A stretch of 64,000 nt of DNA from Marsupella aquatica (lineage: Eukaryota; Plantae; Marchantiophyta): contig OZ316897.1 of NCBI GenBank assembly GCA_973895155.1, positions 1,925,312-1,989,311 of the forward strand. The letters run 5' to 3'. Below are positions 47,243 to 58,589 of this stretch, in pieces. The notes under the pieces were generated by a model. That model was not told the DNA's origin, made no database searches, and was given only the letters and a program-made list of their open reading frames with translations. Both the position numbers and the translations under genes were made by a program. Numbering within the stretch: the first letter of the stretch is position 1; every line of letters begins with the position of its first letter.

Positions 47243-49739
47243 CTACCGATTTATGGGAGTATGAAGTCTATCCTCCAACGCCCGAATGGCACTAAGAGTC
47301 ATTACAAGTGTATCATGTTGAAGAATGCTGTACACATTGAGTCCCTGCAATTTCCAAAGTATGGGGAGCTGGTTAAATCTTAGCTTCTAAAACAATGGGA
47401 GACAGTTGCGTCCACCATAAAGTATAAGCAAATGAGAAGCATTGAAGAAAATAGGTAGGAAATAGAATGACGAATTGTAACTATGCTCTACAAAACAGAT
47501 TTTTAGCTCGCGTTGCCACTACCTTAACGGGGATGACATTAGCATAGTGGATATTCTTGGTGGCTCGGCACAAAAACTCGTTAACCTTCTCGGAATCTTC
47601 CACAAACAAAACTTTGGTGGAATCCTCCATCTCCCCCAGGATTTTAACCATATCCTTGGTCTTTGGAGTGGGTGGGACGATGTCGTCAAAAACTTTCAGC
47701 TGCAGACGCCAATACCAAGACACCAACGTAAGCTGCTGGCGGACAAGAGGTGGTTAGAGAAAACAACTTGACGATTTCACGGCTGGTGTCATTCTTTCAC
47801 AAGCACAGGGAATAATTAACGTACCTTTCCTTCTGCTACTCTTGCTGACAACGCCACTTTTAAGCCCAATCGACGAACTTTTTTCTGTAAGCCTTGCTCG
47901 TAATTACGTGGTTTGGGACCAAAGACATTTGCTCCTCCTCGAAACTGTCGCCAATTGATTTGATTCAGTCTTCAAATCCTAAACTTTGCTTGCCAAATTG
48001 ACTTGTAATTTAATACTCCTCGGATAACACTAAGAACATAAAATCACGGATATGTAGTTCTGTGACCTCTAGCATTCGAAAACACAAATTGGAAAAGCCA
48101 AAGAGCTCAAAGTTTGCAGTGGAGAAGGATGCATATAGGACTAACCTGAGGCCCACGAAGGGTTCCATGTCTAGCACGACCCGAACCTTTCTGCGGTCCG
48201 GGTTTTTTTCCCGTCCCACTTACTTCACTTATAGTCAGAGTCGAATGAGTGCCTTGACGTCTCTTTGCAAGTTGCCAAACGACAACCCGATGTACGATGT
48301 CCCTCCGAATCGGAACGTCAAATACGTCACCGGAAAGGAGTGCCTTTCCTTTATCCTCGTTGGCAAAATTTGTCACTCGTACTTCACGATCAGTCAAAGC
48401 ACCTTTAATCAGAGGCCAACCGAGAGTCAGAATGCGTTCTCACTTAATACAGAAACATTGCAAGGTTCCTCTATCACTTCTCTAGGGCTCTCCACTAAAC
48501 CCTAAACCCTAAACCCCCTCACGCCCAAACAAATCTGGGCAGCAAAAATTTCGATAAGAAAGTAGATAAAAGGACTCTAGTAGGAAAAGAAACAGAGAAG
48601 GAGTCATTCCCGGTAGCAAGGTGAAAGGCTTCAAACTGCAAAGATCACCGACTTAATGCCCAATTGGGACGATCCACAACTCCTCACGGTAAACTCCAAA
48701 AAGCTCAACCAATTGCAATACAGTTTCATGTAGAGAAAAGTGCCACGCTGGTGAGTCCCAGGTATTGATTCATATTGTTCCTCATGAGATGTCTAGGTTG
48801 CAAGGTTTCAGGGTGCGCAAAATGGTTTTTCAGAACACTAACAACACTCTTAGATGTGAAAGGATATAAATACCCTGGGTGATAGTTGAGAGAAATCGAG
48901 AGTTGAACACACTTCGTTGTGGACTTCTCAGTAGCCAATCTGCCTGATCAGAGACATTCCACCAGATTTTGGGTAATTGCCCATTCCTTTCGATCAGTCA
49001 GGGATATAGAACGATACGGACATATTGCCACGATTCCCGGCTATATAATTGTAGGACCCCTCAGCCCTTACATAGTTGCAATGACATACTACAGAAGTAG
49101 AGCCCACGAACCAACAGCACATTTATAGACCCAAACGCCACAATACGACCAAAGCAACCAACACTACGTAAGTTGCACTCACTTCTTAGGATGGAAACCA
49201 TGGAAAAAAACTAACTTGTTATGCACACGTTGGATTTCAGATCGGCAACTCTCAAGTGAAGCAGTCCTCATTCTACGTGGACACCTCCACCACAATTTCA
49301 AGAGAATTACACCTCTGAAGTGTCCAAGGATTGTCATTGTTTCTCTATTAAGGACATTGTTGACAGGTTTACAAAACACGCTCGGAAAACCAAATTCTAT
49401 GGTACAGTAGGACCGGCCCAACACAGATTGTAGACAGGTAGCAACAAAGAAAAAACCCTAGACTCCAACAGATGCCAACGCCATACAATCTAGATCAAGC
49501 ATCATTATCCACAGAAAAGCTTCTCTTGCTTGAATAACAACTTCCACTACAATCGATACGAACACCGGAAACCCAGCTGAAATGGAAAAAAGTGGGGAAA
49601 GGCACCGGACAGTCCTCGAATTTCTCAAAGAGCGCTCGCTATAGCCTCCGATCGAGATGCACACCTGGGTTGCAGCCGTCTGCCGCGCAGCAACGGATCT
49701 GCGAAGAGCACTGACGATTGCAGATAAAACCACGGCCAT
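47243..49739 (-). CDS. uL4m (RPL4): Mitochondrial 50S ribosomal protein L4; exons resolved 49665-49739, 48146-48402, 47825-47944, 47523-47699, 47243-47344; presequence exons between 48402 and 49665 not resolved
   Basis: [84 protein letters not shown]; Arg/Ser/Ala-rich N-terminus. Confidence 0.92.
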
Positions 49740-51215
49740 CCTCCAAACTTCTGCTCTGTTCTGCTCTGCTCTTCTTGACCGAAAGCAAAAGCCTCGTCGC
49801 TCTGCTGATTCTCTTTTCTTGCTACTCCTCTACGCGATACTTCAGCCCAGCAAAGCACATTTCGCCCATCTTCTCCTCTCGTGCAGCTCGACTCTTCTTC
49901 GTCCGCCCTCGAGGTCCGTTCAGTCCATGACATTCAGGTTTCGGTTCCTCGACATTCATTTATTTCCAACCCTTTGGGTCGAACTGATTTACAGTGAACT
50001 CTCGCTAAGTGCACGCTCTGGGGAAGATGGATCTGGCGTGCACTAAACCAGGTGTTGCATGCCTTGATAAGCGCACATGTCGTAACAAGTGCTCTAATTG
50101 ATAAGTGTGTTTCATTTATTTATTTTTATTTTAATGTGTATGCGCTATGGACCCCTCTGTCAGTGAGTAGTCAGCCTCGTACCTAGTATCCCTGCCCTAA
50201 TTCTGTGCCCACACTCCTTAAGTGCATTCTATACTCTACTAAGAATGGGCATGCAATTATTGGGAAATGAGATTTCAGCAGTTTATGCATTTATGCATAA
50301 GCGCATACAAACACATATCAAGGGTAAGCGCTTGTAAAGTTGCCATTTAGCAAAATGATTTTAGCCCTGTGTGAACTTTGATAAACTTATCCTGTGTAAA
50401 AGAAAATGAGAAGAACAAGATGGCATGCACTGAACAAGGGTAAGCGCGTATGGAGTATGTGCTTAGTGACAGTTCATTGTATTACAATCTCTTGGATCCA
50501 TTTTTCTCAAGGCCTCTTTCAAGTCAGGTGATACCTGATTAAACTCGCAGTGCATGCACCTATAAAGAGTTATGGGTTACCCTTAAACCACCACTCTCCA
50601 TATAAAAGGAGAAGTGTCCAAAACTTCTCACTTTTTTCACATTTCTGTCCTCTAGAGTGAGACTTTGCTCCACAATTTCAGGAAAAAGTAACTAAATATG
50701 ATGAAACCTGGTGGATCAAGGGTTTGACATGGACAATGGCTCTTTAACTCTCATTATAAGTTCAGGTTACGACCTGATTAAACTACCAGTGCACCTGTAA
50801 AGAGCTATGGGTTACCCATAACTCTCATTATAAAGTTCAGGGGTTCAAGAATGGCCCTCAGCTACACAAAAGGTGGTGAGTGCATACCCTTTTATTGGCA
50901 AGTGATCCACCATTTATGGTGACACACTATTCACCACAGGAAAGGGAATGAGGAGGAGTGAGGGGGGGAATGAGGCTTTTATATGGGTAGGTGTGGTGTC
51001 GTGACATATAGTATCGTAGCCATAGTGTATCGAAAACATACAAAGCACTGGCAATGCACATGCGCAAGCTGCTAGCAACCAACATGCATAGAAAAAGTCT
51101 CATCACATTTACAAGTGCCAAGAAAAAGCAAATGAGGTGGTATGTACGTAGTGGAGGTGTAAACCTCTGTATCCCCCCCCCCCAGACCACAGCCAAAAGG
51201 AGGGCTGAAGAAAAG

Positions 51216-52560
51216 TCAGGTAGCATGTGAAGCACAGGAAGGGCAAAACCATAACCCTTCTGGCACCTGGGTAAGTTCAGGCCAAAGGCAGAAAAGATGG
51301 TACCCTCCATTGCAATTGTCACACAGCAGCATCTGGTCAGCATCATCAATTCGTAAACACACTTTGCATGGATAATCAACAGGTGGGATCCAAGTAGAAG
51401 TGACAATGGTGGGATCTAGGTTAGGCAGACGACAAGGGGCGCAATTCTTGGCATTGTCAGCAATTGTGCGCCCATCTGCCCCTTGTAACTCTAGCACTCC
51501 AGACGGTCGAATAGCCTTAACCCTGAGAATGGTACGACTGGTAGAGGTGTCCAGGGTGTCGTTAGCTTGCCGCTGCAAGTACACAAAATCTCCCACATCA
51601 AACTTCTTGACCTTGGGCTGAAAAGTGCCCCCTCGTGTGTGTGCATAACGCGCAGTGTCCCTGTGCTGTGCAATGGCCAAATTCTCCATGGCCATGGGCA
51701 TAACCCTCTTGAATAGGGCAGCCCTCTCAGAGATCACATCAGACCAAGTCACGGTTGAATCCAAATCCACCACCTTAAGCATGTGAGCAGCAATTGCAGA
51801 AGGTGGAACTGGATGACGACCAAACAACAAGAAGTAGGGAGAAAAGTTAGACAATGATGCATGTCTGGACATCCTATACCCCATGGCAATGTAGGGTAAG
51901 GCCAGGTCCCAATCCTCCTTGTTTTTGGTGAGGCAGATCTTCCAGAGACCCTTCTTGCATGTCTGAACCATGCGCTCTGCCAAGCCATCTGCTTGTGGGT
52001 GATCTCGTGACGTTCGGCGATGATCAATGAGGGCCTGATCAAGCAGCTCCTGGAACTCTCCTCTGAACTCTGATCCCTGGTCAGTGAGACATTCTGCACA
52101 AGCTCCAAAGCGGCTAAGAACTTGTTGAAGGAATGTCTGACTGGTGCTGCGGGAAGTCTTATCTGGTAATGCCACAAGTTCTATCCACTTGGAAAAATGC
52201 TCTATCATGATCATGATGTAGAGATTACCCCGAGATGTGAGGGGTAATTCTCCAGCCAAATCACATGACCAACGATAAAACATGCCCTAAATAGGGAGTG
52301 GATGAAGTGTGGGTTGCCGAGATGTGAAGGAAGTCCTCACCCTATCACATTGTTCACACCGGGCAATAACATCCCGAACCTGACCATGCATGCCTCTCCA
52401 ATGATAATGGGGAACCAAGAGGCTGTAAGTCCTCTTGACGCCAAAATGACCAAGCTCACAATGTACCTTACGGATAAGGCCAACCCTCTCATGAATGGAT
52501 GGAACCACCACTTCCTTGTCTGGCAAGCAGCGCACGAGATGATCTCCCTTCCACAAGTAG
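51216..52560 (-). pseudogene. Gypsy integrase (HHCC + DDE core) with C-terminal PHD finger (51234-51368)
   Basis: HCELGHFG..CEQC; WSCDLAG, LTDQGSEF, HPQADGLAERMV; PHD C4HC3 pattern CKVC..MLLCDNCNGGYHLFCL.P.L..VPEG.WFCPSC; in-frame TAG at 52287. Confidence 0.93.
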
Positions 52561-52829
52561 CGCTTGGACCTTTGCTGAATTTGGTCTCTCTGGGTTGCAG
52601 TAACATGTGTGGGGTACTCTCCATGCTAAAGGAATCTCAGAGTATCGTTGTCCTCCCATATGTCCACCACAGGTTGGTCAACAATGTAGCATGGCAGCAA
52701 AGCAAGATAGGTAGATGCATGAAATGTAGGCAGGATGGAACCCTGATCAAAATCCTGCTGTGCATCTGAGGAATCATCAGAGGCAATCAAAGGGATGCGG
52801 GACATAGTGTCAGCATTTTGATGTGTCAC

Positions 52830-54240
52830 ACCAGGCCTATGAATTACCTCAAAGTCATACTCCTAGAGTATGAGCGCCCAACGAGCAAGCTTGCCAGTAA
52901 GCTTGTCGTTAGTCATCAACCACTTCAAGGGCTGGTGGTCTGTGTAGAGAGTAAACCTGGTCCCATAGAGGTAGGGCCTGTAATGTATGACAGCCCACAC
53001 AATAGCAAGGCATTCACCCTCATAAGAAGAATAATGACTCTTTGCCTGATTGTTGCTCCTGGATGCATAGGCAATGACGTACTCCTTACCTTCCTCATCA
53101 TGTTGGCCAAGAATGACACCAATCCCAAGGGCACTCCAATCTGTATGTAGCACAAAGACCTTGCTGAAATCAGGTCTTCTCAGCACCGGGTATTCTGAGA
53201 GCTTCTCCTTCAAAGTGGCAAATGTTGCCTCAGCATCTGTTCTCCATGTCCAAGTCACATTCTTTTTCAACAAAGAGTACAATGGGTGTGCAATGGTACT
53301 GAAATCTTTGATGTAGATCCGGTAGTAATTGCACAACCCAATAAAGCTCCTAAGAGTGTGAACATCAGTAGGAGTGGGCATTTCCAAGATGGATACCACC
53401 TTGGCCCAGTGAGCCATGGTCCCATTTGGAAGAATGCGATGCCCAAGATACACTACTAATCTGACAGCGAATTCACACTTCTTGGGATGTATCTTTAGGT
53501 TCACCTTCTTAAGCCTCATGAATAGCTCCTCAAGGTCAAGTAGATGCTGGTCAAATCCTTTGCTGTGGACCAACACATCATCAATGTAGCATTTCATAAA
53601 CTCAGCACCTTGAAGAACCTGGTCCATGACTCTTTGAAAGAATATGGGTGCATTCTTCAAGCCGAATGGCATCACCAACCACTCCCATAGTTGGTTACTA
53701 CCATGGAAAGTTGTTTTCTTGCGATCCTTTGCAAGCAGCAAAATCTGGTTAAAGCCTTGCCTTAGATCCACAAGAGTGAAGATGTTTGAGTCTCCAATGC
53801 TGTCAAATAGCTCCTCTGGCCGTGGCATGGGATACCTATCTTGGGGTGTGACCAGGTTCAGTGGCCTGTAATCCCCACACATGCGCTTCTCTGTCCACAA
53901 TCCACTGGAATCCTTCTTTGCTGGCATCACTGTAGCTGCTGCAAAATCTGATGTAGATGGCTGAATAAGACCAGCTTCATAGAACTCTTGGCACCTCTCA
54001 TCCACCAATTGCCACTCATGCTTACTCAAACGGTGTCTCCGCCTGAAGATAGGTGTTTCATCAGTCAACTCAATGGAGAACTGCATAGTCTTGCACTTAC
54101 CCAAGTCCTTCATAGAGAAAGCAAACACGTTCTCATGTTTGAGGAGCAAATTCAGCAGCTGGTCCTTCTGTCTTTTACTCAGGTGGTTGCCCATGATGAA
54201 TGTGTAGTTGGCAACACTAGGAATAGGACCTGATGTCAGT
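52830..54240 (-). pseudogene. Gypsy reverse transcriptase + RNase H
   Basis: RMCGDYRPLN, DLRQGFNQI, VMPFGLKNAP, YIDDVLV, YLGH, FIGLCNYY; RH HTDWS..IAYASRS..YEGECLA..YTDHQPL..LARWALIL*EYDF. Confidence 0.95.
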
Positions 54241-54559
54241 ACTCGTGCTTGAAGAGCCAAAAGTGCTAGCCTCTCCACTGTCCAAGCTGCTGGCATGCTG
54301 CTGATAAGGTGATGAGGCCTCTCCAAGGCCTGTTGTACCTGCTGATCTGAAGTGGTCCACACCATGAAACTCAGAAATAATGTCAGCCACGTTACAAGGG
54401 ACCTCCTCCCCCCAAACACTTGGACTGAAGTGGTGAGTGTTGGACAAAGGTAAGTGCACCTGGTCTGGATGCCATGCAGCAGCACCATGGAGTGGTAGGG
54501 CTGGAACTCCTGATGCTGGATGAATGTACATCTGAAAAAGGATGCAAGTGACCAGAAGC

Positions 54560-55480
54560 CAAGTGAGAGTGTTAAGATCCATTACCTTGCCAAGTAAAGC
54601 ATTCCTGGCTAGCCTGGTGATCTTGGTGTGGCCTGTAGTACCAGGTTGGAAGCCCATAGCCCGTTCTCTCTCCGTAGGACTAGGTTCATCCCATGTACCA
54701 ATAGAATGTCGATAAACCAGGCCAGGACCATCACCTTGAAAAGCATGTGCACCTGGAAAGGACACAAATGTAGGCCAAGCAGCACAGGGCTCTCCAATGG
54801 TATTGGCTGGATACCAAGGGGCTGGCTCCTGTCGTGTAACTGGTTGGCAAGAACTGGCAGGATCCAAAATCTGGTCCACTATGAGGTTAGTGTCCCTGGA
54901 GGTGTGGTGAAGAGCTAACTCCAGCAAGGAAACTGGTGCCAGGTTAGTCCAAAAGTTACGAAGACGATGTGCATAAGAACCACAATGCACTGCATCAATG
55001 AGAAGGGGTGGTCCCAAGTAGTGCTGGACCACACTGAACGCTGGTCAAACTGAGATGGAGTGTTCTCAATGATATAACCAACAACAGGGTAAAGGGATTG
55101 AGCCCAGGTGAGAACCTGAACCAATGCTATGAAAAGGCCATAACGGGAATCATGCAGTCTAGTGCCGTGACCAGCAGCTGAAAACCCTTGGCATTCCCAA
55201 CCAGCTATGATCAAATCAAGGGAGCCAAGAAGGGTTAAGTGTCGATGCTGGACAAGCTGGATATCTGGAGGGAAGAAAGAAAATGCAGACTTCCATGCAC
55301 TGTGTGGAAACTGCTGGGGAAATCGCTCTGAAAATTCCAGCAGATGGGATTCAGCCACTTGCCTTGCACTTGGATCAATGTCCATGTAGATGTACTACTT
55401 CACCACCATGCCGGACTGTAGGAGAGCTTCCAGGCCTGTAGAAATGCCACCAAAAATCTCAAGTAATGTAAGGCCCTCTG
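54560..55480 (-). pseudogene. C5 cytosine DNA methyltransferase domain embedded in pol
   Basis: Motif I LLEIFGGISTG; II YIYMDID; IV DLIIAGWECQGFSAAG; V (L)HDSRYGLF; VI YIIENTP; VIII AHRLRNFWTN; IX EPSPTERERAMGF; X LLGKVMD, all in canonical order. One TAG (55395) and one frameshift (about 55035). Confidence 0.88.
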
Positions 55481-58400
55481 GAGCAGGAGTCCATGTAACT
55501 GGTGCGCTCAAGATTGGGGCTATTGGCTGTCCATTGTGCTGCCCAAGGTCTTCAAACTTGCGCAATGCAGCCACCAAAGGTCCATGGGTTGCTTGGAGCC
55601 GTTGCACCACCTCTGGTTGATGATCCACATTGTTGGAAAGTGCTGCTATACGTGCAGCAGCATGTGCAGCAGCCACCTCATCATTATCCTCCTCAATCCA
55701 ATCCTGCAATGGGTGGTTGACATAGGTAGTTGTGTGCACTTCTTTCAACACACAGTGATGAGCCATAGGTGTATGGGCACCATGCAAATCAAGTGGAATG
55801 TAGCCCAAGTGTGAGCCATCAGTATGCCAATCAACTCTGTAGTATGCATGCTCATGCCAGTTGTCAATGGTAAAACCTGGTGGGAACAAAGCCTCCTGGC
55901 CAATGAGCACATCATACGTAGTGGCATTGGTAACCAAACATCTGACTGGGAAATGTTCCTGATCTGTATCTCCATTAAAAGTGAGAGTGAGTAAAGTAGA
56001 ACTCTCACCCAGCACATGATCCTCCACAATGCCACTAGCAGTCCGAATGTGCCACCTGGATTGTTGTAAATGATCAATCAGCGGTCCCATCTTCTTGGCA
56101 AACTGAATGCCCAATATCACTGGTTGAGCGCCTGTGTCTAGCATGACCACCTGAGGAGTGTGACCCTCCAACTTGACCGCTGAATTCCTGTTGTCAACAA
56201 TGGCAATGGTGGTAAAAACTAAAGTCCTGTCGCTAGGCACCACTTTTGGCAAATGATGAGGTACCTTGTGAAGGGAGTTAGTGTCCACGGTCTTCCCACT
56301 CAACAGCATAGCCAGGAAAGATGGAGCAGCATGACCAGAATCAAGTGTAGCTCTGGTCACACAATCTGCAGCAATATTGTCATCTCTACCACTGGAAATC
56401 GATACCGGGATAGCCAAACCAGTGGAAGCATGTAATGGAGAAGAAGAAGGTCCAGTATGTACATGAGATTCGACCTCCAAAACCGGTGTCATAGTGGCTG
56501 ATGAAGAATGCAGTGAACCCTCTAGCGCTCTGATGACAGCTCTAGCATCCAGCTGTAAATCATGGCAACTAAAAAGTGGAGTTGTAAGAATCCTTTGTGC
56601 CATATCGGAGGTGAAATGCTCAGGCAGCTCAGGAGAAACAACTCTCTGTGAAATGTCAGCAGCACCTAGTGGTGGAATGTATGTAGCTGCAGCTCCCTCC
56701 CCCCTTGCCAACAAGGTGCACTCTTCAACAAGCGTGAGTGGCTGAAAAGATTGGGGCATGACAGCCCGAGCTCCCCTAGCTCTAGTCATAGGACCGGCAG
56801 CAAGACCATCAGCCTGTACAATGCGGCGTGTGGGAGCAGTACGGGAGGCAACACCAGCCTGCTGGTAAGCAAAATAGGAAGGGCAGAATGAATCTGAAAA
56901 TTTTGCGGTAAGGCCAGGCTGTGTAGCAGAGGATAGCACACACTCACCCATATGAGCATCAAATGGCAAGCCATAGAAAGAGCGGGGTAGAGGTGCTGAA
57001 CTGTTAGTGGTGCCTGGGCCAGGGATGGGTTGCACATGACCAGCCGGTTGAGAAGGACCAGCAGAGGCAGTTGACTTGCCTTTGATGTTGGCAAGTTGGG
57101 CATGTAAGGACTCAAGCTCATGAGTCAGAGACTGGAGTTGAGTTGCCTGTGCGTTGTGAGCCTCCTTCTGAGCTGGTTGCTTCTGTTGCTGCTTGGGCAA
57201 TTTGTTAGCATTGGGTGCTTTGCCACTGGAAGGAGGAGCAACTGAGGCAATAGGAGCCCTCCTAGCTGGTGGGGGAGTGGAAGCAGGAGCAGGATGAGGG
57301 GCCTGCTGTCGTAGCTGCTTCCTCTTTGGGAATTTGGCAAAACAAACTGCCTCCAAGTGACCCACTTTCCCGCAAAAATCACAAGACAGGTACTCAGTAA
57401 CAATATCACATTCATTAGCCTTGTGATTGGGGTTACCACAGTAGTTGCAAGATGGCAGCATGAAAGCAGCATGTGCTGGCTTGGTCTTGGAACCATACTG
57501 TGGCACACGGGAAGGAGTGGCCAATGTAGGGGCAGCAGCCTGGTACCTGGATCACGGTGGATGCGCAATACTGGCCTCATAATGTGCATGGGTCAACACA
57601 AGTTTCTCAGCAGTGTCGTAGACATTGAGCAAAGTGTAGCTGTCTCCAAACTCTGAGAATACTTGCGAATGGAGAGTTGGTGTGCCCTCCAATGCACAAA
57701 GATAATGATGAGCAACCTCCAGGTCAATGATGCTCTGGGTGTCCTCCTTCAGCTTGAGAAGCCGGTGATACATCATCTTCAATGTTTCATCGCGCTGCCT
57801 TACAAAGGTGGCCAACTACATGATTTTGTCAGCACTCTTGATTGGGAATTCCAATTCAAGAACCTGGAAAAACTCAACCACTGGATCAGCAAAGGCAGGG
57901 AAATCAATGGTGGGAGCAATGCCTGATATAGCCGAGGATGTAGCCTATGCCAAGACAGTGGGAGTAATTGGTGCAGTGGTAGGAACTGGAGTAGGAGGGG
58001 AAGTGGCAAGAGCAGCAACATGGGCTGCAATGGCATTCTGTAAGGCCAATTGTGAGGCTGCTGCAATTGCACTCGCATAGGCAGGGTTAGGCATTTGGGT
58101 GACAGCAAGCAGCCGTTGAGAATGTTGCTCATACACATCCAAAGCCTCATGGTGCACATACCTGGCTAGCCGCTTAAATGCAAATGCATTTGTGAAATTG
58201 CTGCCATACTTCAACTCCAATTTGTAAACGACAGTGTAGAAAGTTAATTTGAACTCACACAAAGAAACAGTGCCTGGCCGCCCACTGAAGCGCTCAATGC
58301 GGCCAGATGAGTGGCTGACATCCATGTTGTATGTCGATGAAGCTGGAACAACCACTGATGAAGATGGAGTAAAGGGTAAAGATGTAATAGCAGGCTTTGG

Positions 58401-58589
58401 GGTAGTGGTGAAGCGACCGCCAAATGTAGCAGAAGGGTTGCGTGGTGTGGGTGTTGCTGTTGTCTGCTGGCGCCGTTGAAATTGTCGAGATTCCAATGAA
58501 ATTGGCACCAACGGTCGTGGATCACTCCGTAAGTGGTACCGGGGTGTTGGTGGCGGTGAGCTGCTACGACTCGGCTCCTCTGCTGACAT
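55480..58589 (-). pseudogene. Gypsy gag, two CCHC knuckles and aspartic protease
   Basis: IERFSGRPG..EFK..F..; QRDETLKMMYHRL (gag-like); CNYCGNPNHKANEC and CDFCGKVGHLEAVC; VMLDTGAQPVILG..DVLIG (PR); same frame across stops at 57945, 57816, 57552. Confidence 0.85.

Noticed and set aside
48496-48516. Telomere-type TAAACCC x3 in a uL4m intron
   Set aside because: Short interstitial telo-box-like repeats are common; no support for a telomeric or functional role here.
50900-51010. Candidate 3' LTR of the Gypsy element starting TGTCACGAC with TATA-like and AATAAA motifs
   Set aside because: No second copy found upstream of gag in the window, so it cannot be called an LTR.
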